From the NCBI GenBank assembly GCA_002419215.1, contig DIFQ01000127.1, positions 5,332-37,331 on the forward strand: 32,000 bases of DNA, given 5' to 3'. The notes under the pieces are model-generated. The model ran no database searches and was not told where the DNA came from. It saw only the letters and a program-made list of their open reading frames with translations. This document shows, piece after piece, positions 17,090 to 24,943 of the stretch. This stretch comes from Syntrophaceae bacterium UBA5744. GTDB taxonomy: Bacteria; Desulfobacterota; Syntrophia; Syntrophales; UBA2192. Every line of letters begins with the position of its first letter. The stretch's first letter is position 1. The translations under genes were made by a program, and so were the position numbers.

Positions 17090-18496
17090 TTACAGCGGCG
17101 GCCACCGGTCCGCCCAGGGGCTGGCTTCCTCGAAGCGGGCGGAAGCCCGCAGCACCGTCTGTTCATCGTATTTGCGCCCGACAATCTGGAGCCCCACCGG
17201 CAGGCCGTCTTCCGTGAAGCCTGCGGGGATGCTGGCCGCCGGCTGCCCCGTCAGATTGAAGGGGATCGTGAAGCAGAAGGGGAGCAGGGGGGGCACTCTC
17301 TGGCCGGCGACTTTCTTCGGCCCGGCAGCCCCCAGTTCATACGCGGGAGTCGGGAGGACCGGCGTGAGCAGCAGGTCATAGGTTGCGAAAAAGACATCCA
17401 TCTTGTCCCGCAGCGCCTCCGCGTCATGGATCGCCCCGATGATGTCGCGGGTTGAGAGGGCATTCATCAGGGGGATAAACACCGCGAGCATGGGATCGAG
17501 CTTCTCGCGGAAATTCTCCGGCAATTCACGCTCGAGCCAGACGACCATCCGGGAAACCAGGATGTTCTGGAAGATCCTGTCCGGGCAGGGGATCTCCGGC
17601 CGGGCCTCCTCCACCAGGCAGCCCGACTCTTCAAAAACCTTCACCGCCTTCTCACAAATCCCCCTGACGCGCCGGTCCACTTTTTCATACCCCATGTCGG
17701 GGCTCCAGGCCACCTTGAGCCCCCGGATGTCCCCATCGCAAGCCTGCAGGTAGTTTGCTGTCGACAAGGACAGGCTGGTACGGTCCCGCCCGTCGGGCCC
17801 GGCCAGAATATCCAGGAGGGCTGCGGCATCCCGCACCGTCCGGGCAATCGGGCCTTCGTGGATCAGGGAACTCCAGCCGTCGTGACGGGGCCAGGAAGGG
17901 ATGCGCCCGAACTGCGGTTTCAACCCGTACACGCCGCAACAGGACGCGGGGACCCGGATGGAGCCGCCGCCATCGTTGCCCACGGCCAGAGGGCCCATCC
18001 CGGCGGCAACCTGGGCCGTGGCACCTCCGGAAGAGCCTCCCGGACTCAGCTTCAGATTCCAGGGATTGAGGGTGGCGCCAAAGACGAGGTTGTCGGTTGC
18101 AAACTTGCAGCCGAACTCGGAGGTATTGGTCTTCCCGATGATGGGACAGCCCGCGGACCGCAATCGCTCTACCAGCACCGCATCCGCCTCGGGAACGTTT
18201 TTCTCGAAGTGAAGGGAACCGAAGGTGGTTCGCAGGCCCCGGGTCGCAATCAGGTCCTTGATCGAAACGGGGACGCCGAAAAGCGGCCCCGCGGCCTCTC
18301 CCCGAACGATCCGCTCATCCGCTTTCCGGGCTTCCGCCATGGCCCGGGCTCGATCCACCGTGCAATAGGCGTTGATCTGCGGATTCGTCCGGTCGATCCG
18401 ATTCAAGACGGCCTGCATCACCTCGGAAGGCTTGATCTTGCGCGATGCGATCATTCGGCCCAGATCCAAACCCGACAGTCTGCAGAGGTCTGCCAT
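17090..18496 (-). CDS. Amidase-signature family amidase (second paralogue)
   Basis: GGSSGG (SPGGSSGGATAQVAAG), GNDGGGSIRVPAS and VSIKDL blocks. The ORF is open to 18517, but AAGGAGAG lies 5 nt upstream of the ATG at 18496 (MADLCRLSGLDLG), so that start is preferred. Confidence 0.85.
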   Translation of the reverse strand: MADLCRLSGLDLGRMIASRKIKPSEVMQAVLNRIDRTNPQINAYCTVDRARAMAEARKADERIVRGEAAGPLFGVPVSIKDLIATRGLRTTFGSLHFEKNVPEADAVLVERLRSAGCPIIGKTNTSEFGCKFATDNLVFGATLNPWNLKLSPGGSSGGATAQVAAGMGPLAVGNDGGGSIRVPASCCGVYGLKPQFGRIPSWPRHDGWSSLIHEGPIARTVRDAAALLDILAGPDGRDRTSLSLSTANYLQACDGDIRGLKVAWSPDMGYEKVDRRVRGICEKAVKVFEESGCLVEEARPEIPCPDRIFQNILVSRMVVWLERELPENFREKLDPMLAVFIPLMNALSTRDIIGAIHDAEALRDKMDVFFATYDLLLTPVLPTPAYELGAAGPKKVAGQRVPPLLPFCFTIPFNLTGQPAASIPAGFTEDGLPVGLQIVGRKYDEQTVLRASARFEEASPWADRWPPL

Positions 18497-18559
18497 GGGA
18501 TCTCTCCTTTCTTTCATTTTCTATCCGTAATCTTCGATCTCCATCGCCGGCCCTGTTCC

Positions 18560-19567
18560 CTAGAACGACTGAATGACGAAGAGCAGCACCGGCAGGACGA
18601 TGGCCAGCAGCGCCGTGGTGACGAACCAGCAGGAGTTGGCCAGGTCCAGGTCCAGATCGTAGATCGAGGGCGGGATCAGGGCGTTGAAGGCCACGGGCAT
18701 CGACGAGAGGATCATGACGACCTTCAGCGGAAGCCCCCCGTCGATTCTGCCGAAGCCGAGACCCCAGGCCACCGTCGACGCCAGCACGGGCACCGCGGCG
18801 AACTTGATGGCGGCCACGACAGCCGATTCCCTCAGGTAATTCCCCACCTTCCGGAACCGCAGGGCAAGCCCGACGGACACGAGAAGCATGAAGGCTTGCA
18901 GCGGGATGAAGACGGCGTTGACTGTCCCGTAGATCGCGGGCCGCTCGAGGCCGCCGAGGTTGAGGGCGCCGCCCAGGAGGAGGCTCGAGACCGAGACGAT
19001 GATGAGGGGATCCCGCGCCAGGCTCTTCACTCGGTCCCAGCGCCCTTCCGCCAGGCTGCTCCCGCTGTAGTACTTCGCGATGGGGAAGCCCGTGGAGTAG
19101 TACGAAAGCTCCTCGAAGATCTTGTAGATGGGCACGAGAGCAAAGCCGGGCTCTCCCAGGAACATGTAACAGACGAGTGCGCCGATGGAGCCGATGTTGG
19201 TGAAGGAGCCGCAGCAGAAGAGCGACCCCTTCTTTTTCGGGGGAAGCCGAAGGAGCCTTGCCGCCCCCAGGGCCAGCACGCCGCCCGTGACGATGGCGAA
19301 TAGGCCGACGAGGGGCAGGGCCGCGAGGGCCGCGTCCCGGATGCTCACGATCCAGGTGGCGCCCACGATGGCCACGGGGTTCACGACGAGGAGCGCCGCG
19401 CGCTGGAGACCCTTGCGCAGGGCGTCGATGGAGAGGGGGAGCCGGATGACACCGCGGACGGCCAGCGCCTGGAGGGCGTAGCCCAGAAAAAGCCCCGCCA
19501 GGATGATGGCGAAGGAATAGAGGAGTCTGGAGACGACCATCTGCGCGCGCACCCGCCGGGGAGACAC
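18560..19567 (-). CDS. AEC (auxin efflux carrier / membrane transport protein) family permease
   Basis: About 10 TM segments in a two-halves arrangement, with a charged central loop (RLLRLPPKKKGS). Likely in an operon with the downstream amidase. The start may be GTG 19567 or ATG 19540. Confidence 0.6.
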   Translation of the reverse strand: MSPRRVRAQMVVSRLLYSFAIILAGLFLGYALQALAVRGVIRLPLSIDALRKGLQRAALLVVNPVAIVGATWIVSIRDAALAALPLVGLFAIVTGGVLALGAARLLRLPPKKKGSLFCCGSFTNIGSIGALVCYMFLGEPGFALVPIYKIFEELSYYSTGFPIAKYYSGSSLAEGRWDRVKSLARDPLIIVSVSSLLLGGALNLGGLERPAIYGTVNAVFIPLQAFMLLVSVGLALRFRKVGNYLRESAVVAAIKFAAVPVLASTVAWGLGFGRIDGGLPLKVVMILSSMPVAFNALIPPSIYDLDLDLANSCWFVTTALLAIVLPVLLFVIQSF

Positions 19568-19701
19568 CCCGCCCGTGTCTTATACCCCGGCTGCCGCGCC
19601 GTGTGCAACTCAAACATGACGACCTGCAGTGCGGACGTAACAAAGGGGCCCGCCGATATCCGGCCAACCCCTCTGTTTTCTGACGCCGATTGTCGGATTG
19701 C

Positions 19702-20565
19702 TCAGTTGGCGGCGGGCTGCACGATCCCGATCAGCTCGCGCGCCGTGTCCATTTCCCTGACCAGCCGGGCCAGGGCTTCCTCGAAGTCCTGCTGCGACAG
19801 GCCGAGACGGCCCAATGCCCCGTCCATCCCGTCGTAGGCCAGCCCGTCCGCACCCCGGCCGATGCCCAGCATGAGGCAGCCCTGGTCGGCAAGGTGGACG
19901 ATCCACGGCATCGTGGCCGTTTTGTCCGGCAGGCGGTCCGGCCGGTGATGGTAGGCGATGGCGTTCCGGATGTCCTCCGGGAATTTCCAGGAGGCGGCAA
20001 TCATGCCGCCCAGCGTGGCGTGGTTCATGCCCAGGACTTTCTCCTCCGCCTCGAGAAACGAGCGGGATTGTTCCGAAACGATCTTCTTGATCTCGGCGTA
20101 CTTGTCCTTCACGAACTCGCCGAGTACGATCTTCCCGATGTCGTGCAGGATCGCCGCCGTGAAGAGGCTCGCATCATCCCGCCTCGAGATTTTCCTCGCC
20201 AGGATCTGCGCCATCAGGGCCGTTCCCACGGCGTGCTCCCAGAGCTCTCTCGCCTCGGTCTCGTAGCCCGGGGTGTTCTTGAAGAAGCGCGACGTGCCGG
20301 CGGCCAGGACGGCCCGGACGACATTCTGCCTGCCGAGGTACAGGATCGCGTCCTGGACGTTGTCCACCTTGTGCCTGAGGCCGAAGTAGGCCGAGTTGCA
20401 CATCCGCAGGATGTTGGCCGTGATGGACTGGTCGAGCCGGATCACATCCACGAGTTCCGTCATGGACGAATCGGGGTCGTTGATGAGGCTCGTCACCCTG
20501 TGCACCGTGGCGGGAAAGGCCGGAAGCTTGGTCATCGAACTCTTGATTGCACTGTCCAGGTTCAT
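19702..20565 (-). CDS. HDOD domain signalling protein
   Basis: LPAFPATVHRVTSLINDPDSSMTELVDVIRLDQSITANILRMCNSAYFGL...VQDAILYLG...HDIGK...HHRP is a typical HDOD pattern. ATG at 20565 overlaps the cheD TGA (ATGA), with GGGAGGAG upstream. Confidence 0.8.
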   Translation of the reverse strand: MNLDSAIKSSMTKLPAFPATVHRVTSLINDPDSSMTELVDVIRLDQSITANILRMCNSAYFGLRHKVDNVQDAILYLGRQNVVRAVLAAGTSRFFKNTPGYETEARELWEHAVGTALMAQILARKISRRDDASLFTAAILHDIGKIVLGEFVKDKYAEIKKIVSEQSRSFLEAEEKVLGMNHATLGGMIAASWKFPEDIRNAIAYHHRPDRLPDKTATMPWIVHLADQGCLMLGIGRGADGLAYDGMDGALGRLGLSQQDFEEALARLVREMDTARELIGIVQPAAN

Positions 20566-21047
20566 CGAAACTCCTCCCAACTCCCGTTGGGTCCTTTCAG
20601 GAAGGTTTTCCCCGTCGCGATTTCCAGCCGGACGGCGCGGTTGTGATTGCCGCCGGTGTCTTCCGTCGTCAGGGGGATCGAGAAGCCGGCGAGGATTTTT
20701 CTGGCTGCGGCAATGTTGCCCTCGCTGATGCTGCGGGAGATCCCCTGGCCCATCAGGATCGAGCCCCCGGCCAGCCTTGCCGTGAGCGACTCCCTGCGCG
20801 CGCCCTGCCCGATGCAGGACTCTACGAGCAGCGGGATCGCCACGTCGGCATACATGGCCGGATAATCCGTCGCCCTGCGGGACTCCGACGCGGAATTCGG
20901 AAGCATGAAGTGGACGATGCCGCCTACCCGGGCCCCGTCGTCGTAGAGGATCACGGCCGCGGTGGACCCCAGCCCGTAGACGACGAGCAGGTCCTCCGGG
21001 TTCTTGCTCACGGCGAGATCAGCCAGTTTGACGAGGATCTGGGGCAT
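20562..21047 (-). CDS. cheD: CheD chemoreceptor glutamine deamidase
   Basis: 161 aa. ...LLVVYGLGSTAAVILYD...GGIVHFMLP...ARLAGGSILM...SEGNIAAARKIL...EDTGGNHNRAV matches CheD family conservation, including the catalytic Cys/Thr-His region layout. Confidence 0.8.
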   Translation of the reverse strand: MPQILVKLADLAVSKNPEDLLVVYGLGSTAAVILYDDGARVGGIVHFMLPNSASESRRATDYPAMYADVAIPLLVESCIGQGARRESLTARLAGGSILMGQGISRSISEGNIAAARKILAGFSIPLTTEDTGGNHNRAVRLEIATGKTFLKGPNGSWEEFR

Positions 21048-21108
21048 TGGGCACCCTGGTTCGGTTGTGGCCGCGTTGGCCTGTGTCCGGAACGGTTTTC
21101 CGTGTCGA

Positions 21109-21492
21109 TCAAGCGCCGCACGTCCCGGCAGGGATGAGCTGATGGATCGCGGCTTTCAATTCATCCATCTTCACCGGTTTCTCGAAGGCGAAGGCTGCGC
21201 CCAGGATCTTCGCCATCTTGAGGTACTTGGAGGGCCCGAGCTGGCCGCCCCCCGATATCGCGATGATCTTGACGCCGGGGTCGTCGCGGCGGAGCTCCAT
21301 GATGGTCTCCAGGCCCTCCTTCTCCGGCATGATGATGTCCAGGATGATTACGTCCGACGGGCTCTCCCGCTGCAGCCTGCCGGCCACGAGGCCGTTTTCG
21401 GCCGTGAGCACGTCATGCGAGTCCCTCTCGAGAGCCCTCTTGAGCATGAAACGCACATGATCGTCATCGTCTACTACCAGGATCCTTGCCAT
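21109..21492 (-). CDS. Single-domain response regulator (CheY-like receiver)
   Basis: 127 aa. MARILVVDDDDHVRFML...VIILDIIMPEKEG...VKIIAISGGG...AFEKP has the acidic pocket DD, a phospho-acceptor D in ILDI, and the conserved K in EKP. Confidence 0.85.
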   Translation of the reverse strand: MARILVVDDDDHVRFMLKRALERDSHDVLTAENGLVAGRLQRESPSDVIILDIIMPEKEGLETIMELRRDDPGVKIIAISGGGQLGPSKYLKMAKILGAAFAFEKPVKMDELKAAIHQLIPAGTCGA

Positions 21493-21683
21493 CGGTCTCC
21501 CGTGTGTTCCTTCCGGTCCGGTTGCCCGGCCGCGCAGTTCTGAGAAGCTTACAGAATATTTGCATCGTTCGTGCCACGCCTCACTGTTAAATCTGTCTAT
21601 CTTGGCAAAACCTAATTTCCTCTACCAACCTAAATCGTCTTAAGAAATATCCATCTTTTTCTTTGAGATTGAGATATATCTCC

Positions 21684-21726
21684 AAAAAAGAGAGGGCTTG
21701 CCGGAATATCGTAACCGTGCAAGCCC
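21684..21726 (-). terminator. Rho-independent terminator immediately 3' of the tRNA-like fragment
   Basis: On the minus strand, GGGCTTGC-(17 nt)-GCAAGCCC is followed by TCTCTTTTTTGG, 11 nt after the CCA end at 21738. Confidence 0.6.
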
Positions 21727-21737
21727 TTGATTTTATA

Positions 21738-21785
21738 TGGCACCGGAGGACGCAATCGAACCGTCGCGCCCCCAGGGGACGGGGG
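21738..21785 (-). other. 3'-terminal tRNA-like fragment (variable-arm hairpin, T-arm, acceptor 3' strand, CCA); candidate att site at the island border
   Basis: The minus strand reads CCCCCGTCCCCTGGGGG-CGC-GACGG-TTCGATT-GCGTC-CTCCGGT-G-CCA. That is a GTTCGATT T-loop, a 4-5 bp T-stem (one G:G mismatch at the 53:61 position), a 7-nt acceptor strand, a discriminator and CCA. No matching 5' acceptor strand, D-arm or anticodon arm could be folded upstream. Confidence 0.45.
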
Positions 21786-22007
21786 ATTTTGAGTTCAAAC
21801 CCGCATCCCGGGCGATTTTTCCATGATTTCAAATCTTTGCATATCAAGTGGTTGCAAGAGAGCATGTTTGGTTCCGTTTGTTCCCATATGGGACTATTTT
21901 GCTTGGTCGGTGACGAATAAGTTACAGGTAATGGATGTTAAGGCAGGCCGAAAACGATGGCATCGCATGATTTCACGCAGGCGAATAGTCACTTTCGAAA
22001 GATAGGA

Positions 22008-23192
22008 TCAGACATGACCTTGTGTTATGTAATCCATCAAGAGGCTATAACGAAACGTATGCTTATCATCGCCTGCCGACTTGAAGCGATCCAGTTCGCT
22101 GGCAACGAAGTCGCTGATTCGCTGCATGCCTATTACCATAGGTGATTTTGACAAGTCGACGACCTTCATCCAATCAAGAATCAGGCAACCATCATGGTCT
22201 TTTATTATCATTTTACTGCAAAGTTCGATCAGTCCCTTCGCAGTGCGGGCATAGTCATCATTGATGATCTCGCAGTCCCTGAGGGATGAATCCAGCAAGT
22301 TGACGATGTTCTCTCCCACAACTATTCGGGGATATCCTGCCTTCCGGCTTTCAAGCTCGTAGGCTTCAAAGGGGGCCCTTCCGTAAATGCCCGTCTTATG
22401 CATCTCCAAGGATATGCCGAGATCGATCCCCCCTCTAACAGGCTTCTTGTCCATCAACTGAAGGTACATTACGCTGGCGCATAGACGAAGCATGCTTTGG
22501 ATTCCTTCGAAAATGGTTACAAGGTTGATGCCCGTCGAAATATCCTTGCTTTGATACAAAGGAATGTAGATGACAAGACCATCTGCTAAACTATGAATCC
22601 CCATTTTTCTTCGAGGGATGTGAAGCTTGGCTGTTTTTGTTTTCGTCCAGTATTGACCGTAAAGCTCTTCAAATCTATCTCGCAGCTTGATTACAGCACC
22701 GAATGTTTCCGCCCAGATGCTTTTATGCTCGCCGTATTCTTCTTCCGGCTTGGGAAGGGTATTGAGCTTTCGCAGTCTGCTGCGTTGCCCCAAGAGGTCG
22801 ATGTAAGCGGCAACGTAAAAAGCAATGCTTCTAAATTCCTTTTTAATTGATTGCTTGATTGCGTTCCGGACATCCTTAATGAACTGATCAACCTCGGACA
22901 GCTCCAACGTTATCATATCGTTCGACAGGTTGTCGAAGTGGCGGATAACGATCTTCTTCCCGGCGACGCTCACTTCTTTGAGATGAAAAATAGGATCAAG
23001 AGGGCAGCCGCTGGATGCGTTAGTTAATGCGTTTTCAATCGAAAGTATAAGATCGTCCGATCTGTTCATCGGAACATGGATAAGATTACCTCCTCGCTTC
23101 ACCATTAATAGGCCATTCCCCATCTTGATTTCGATAGCCGGCGAGGCATTTGGGGGTCGTTTTCCTTTTTTCGTATGCTTTTTTGCGGTCAT
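22008..23192 (-). CDS. Hypothetical protein with a divergent palm-fold nucleotidyl cyclase-like domain (class III cyclase / GGDEF / Cas10-palm type)
   Basis: 394 aa. Three ordered motifs resemble the cyclase homology domain. IAFYVAAYIDLLGQRSRL resembles FxDIxGFT. HSLADGLVIYIPL resembles the K-x-GD-x-hhhF second metal Asp strand. VRGGIDLGISLEMHKTGIYGRAPFEAYELESRKAGYPRIVVGENI resembles R-h-G-I-H-x-G...G...VNxAxRLES...I-x-VS. The transition-state Asn/Arg of VNxAxR are not conserved (PFEAYE). Assigned from memory, without a search. Confidence 0.45.
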   Translation of the reverse strand: MTAKKHTKKGKRPPNASPAIEIKMGNGLLMVKRGGNLIHVPMNRSDDLILSIENALTNASSGCPLDPIFHLKEVSVAGKKIVIRHFDNLSNDMITLELSEVDQFIKDVRNAIKQSIKKEFRSIAFYVAAYIDLLGQRSRLRKLNTLPKPEEEYGEHKSIWAETFGAVIKLRDRFEELYGQYWTKTKTAKLHIPRRKMGIHSLADGLVIYIPLYQSKDISTGINLVTIFEGIQSMLRLCASVMYLQLMDKKPVRGGIDLGISLEMHKTGIYGRAPFEAYELESRKAGYPRIVVGENIVNLLDSSLRDCEIINDDYARTAKGLIELCSKMIIKDHDGCLILDWMKVVDLSKSPMVIGMQRISDFVASELDRFKSAGDDKHTFRYSLLMDYITQGHV

Positions 23193-23229
23193 CGTATCAT
23201 TCCTGCTACATGCGTTGCATCATGGCTAG

Positions 23230-24018
23230 TTATGACTTTCCGACTTCCCCCTCACCGGCGTTGAATTGGATGATCTCAGGACTTATTGAATTGGCGACTT
23301 TCAAGATCGCGATCGGGAACTCGGATGGCGATCCTATTCCGCCTTCCATCCTACTTATCTCCCGACCTCCAAAAACCCAGAACCCCGCATCACTGAGCTC
23401 CTGAAGCATTTCGCTCATTCTATATGCTGCTTTGACTCGATCATAAGGTTCAAGAACGTGCGAGAGATCCCCCCAATCCTGTGCCTCTTGAAAAAAATTA
23501 CCAAACATTTCAGCCTCTGATTCTGATTTGGGCTCGTCGTGGACGAAAGAGTAGGCCATAGCACTATCAATAATATTGATGACGTCTTGTCCCGTAGTTA
23601 ACCGAACGAGGTGGCTGGGAATATTCTCCTTGATCCTGCGGATCCGGACTGGAGGCGGTTCTTTGCGGTCGTTAAGGCTTGAGGATACCCATTTTTCGTG
23701 GTTTGACTTAATTTTTTGGAGTAACTCTGCAATATATGTATCGCATTGGTCATCGACCATCTTGTGGTGGACCCGGCAGAGAAGGATAAGATTATCGAGT
23801 TCATTGAAGCGATCTCCTGGGAACGCCGGATCGTATCGCGGCCCTTGGGTTTTAGATGACAAAATGTGGCATTCGTCGCCGACAACTGACTCATCATCTC
23901 CTGCCGAGGAATCTATCACGAGTTCACGTCGGCAAAAGGCGCACCTGTTACCCGAACGGCCCCATAGAATTTTTCTTGTCTTATCGGATATCGGCATCGT
24001 TTCTGACAGACCTGGCAT
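23230..24018 (-). CDS. HNH endonuclease-domain protein with an uncharacterised C-terminal domain
   Basis: 262 aa. N-terminal GNRCAFCRREL...GDECHILSSK...NLILLCRVHHKMVDD gives the CxxC...H...N...CxxHH zinc-finger HNH layout. About 150 aa of C-terminal sequence has no motif I recognise. Confidence 0.75.
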   Translation of the reverse strand: MPGLSETMPISDKTRKILWGRSGNRCAFCRRELVIDSSAGDDESVVGDECHILSSKTQGPRYDPAFPGDRFNELDNLILLCRVHHKMVDDQCDTYIAELLQKIKSNHEKWVSSSLNDRKEPPPVRIRRIKENIPSHLVRLTTGQDVINIIDSAMAYSFVHDEPKSESEAEMFGNFFQEAQDWGDLSHVLEPYDRVKAAYRMSEMLQELSDAGFWVFGGREISRMEGGIGSPSEFPIAILKVANSISPEIIQFNAGEGEVGKS

Positions 24019-24069
24019 TTGGTTTTGCTCCGCCGCTGTCGATCTTGATCAACTCAACGGGGAGCGTGT

Positions 24070-24930
24070 TCAGAAATTTTCTATACGACCAAGCTTTCGG
24101 AGAATCATCTCACCAAGTTGCTGGGGCGATGTATCTCGGAGATCGACATGCCCGATCGTCTTCCGTACACCAGGAACTTCAGTAGCGTCGAAACGAGCGG
24201 GTAAGATATACTCACCCTTCTCTTCGACTGCACGAGCCAAAGCACTCCTTCTCTCATGATTCGGCCATACCTTTTTGGCGTATGCACCCGAGATGAACAT
24301 GACGCAGTACCGAGCCGAACGATAAACTATGTCAAGGTGCTCTGTCAGTTCCTTGCCCCACATTGTAACGTCCTCATAGCGATCATAGAAACACCTGACG
24401 TCATGTTCTTTCAAAAAAGCTGCTACCTGTTCTACGTAAGCTCGATCTTCTCCGGCAAAAGACAGCACGATTTCATACACATCAAGATCTCCGGATCCTC
24501 CAGCTTCAAATAGGTCGACTGCTTTATAGATAGGTCGTCCCGATATGTGGGATGCAACGACCAACTTCACGCCGTCTTTCTCGAGAAAGGAATTGAATTC
24601 TTTTGACAGTGACGACGCCTCTGCATCATCTTTAACTGATAACGGATGGAGACAGGTTTCCAGGAATCTCAAGAAGATTGCATCGTCACAACCGAGAAGA
24701 TTCAATCTTTCGCACAGAAGGTATTGATGATCCCAGTCATCATTCCTGATCATGTGTTGCCAGATATCACCGTCCGCATTGTTGAAGCGATGATCAGTTG
24801 ATGGCATCTCTGATAAATTCCATATACGTTTCAGGAATGTCATAAGATCCATCCGCCCATGAAATGATCTCCGACCGCCGAGTAGTATGTGATCAATAAT
24901 TGAAGAGCGCGTGATTTCTGTCAGCTGCAT
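24070..24930 (-). CDS. TIR-domain protein with an uncharacterised N-terminal domain
   Basis: The C-terminal half YEIVLSFAGEDRAYVEQVAAFLKEHDVRCFYDRYEDVTMWGKEL...ARYCVMFISGAYAKKVWPNHERRSAL matches bacterial TIR_2-type domains (FxSxxxED, h-W-D strand, candidate catalytic Glu in WPNHE). ATG at 24930 (MQLTEITRSS) has GAGG 6 nt upstream and lies 13 nt after the upstream stop. The track start at 25026 would overlap the upstream gene by 83 nt. Confidence 0.8.
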   Translation of the reverse strand: MQLTEITRSSIIDHILLGGRRSFHGRMDLMTFLKRIWNLSEMPSTDHRFNNADGDIWQHMIRNDDWDHQYLLCERLNLLGCDDAIFLRFLETCLHPLSVKDDAEASSLSKEFNSFLEKDGVKLVVASHISGRPIYKAVDLFEAGGSGDLDVYEIVLSFAGEDRAYVEQVAAFLKEHDVRCFYDRYEDVTMWGKELTEHLDIVYRSARYCVMFISGAYAKKVWPNHERRSALARAVEEKGEYILPARFDATEVPGVRKTIGHVDLRDTSPQQLGEMILRKLGRIENF

Positions 24931-24943
24931 AAATTCCTCATTA

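Noticed and set aside
21738-21830. Complete tRNA gene (Ser/Leu/Sec type) on the minus strand.
   Set aside because: Only the variable-arm, T-arm, acceptor 3' strand and CCA portion folds. No 5' acceptor strand complementary to CTCCGGT exists upstream. No D-arm was found, and no anticodon stem pairs around any U33-containing 7-nt loop. It is treated as a displaced 3' fragment.
21587-21865. 92-aa minus-strand ORF, and the small plus-strand ORFs 21663..21920, 21823..22005 and 21957..22145.
   Set aside because: They overlap the terminator hairpin, the tRNA-like fragment or the 3' end of the cyclase-like gene. They have no RBS or recognisable motifs and have Cys/Arg-rich odd composition.
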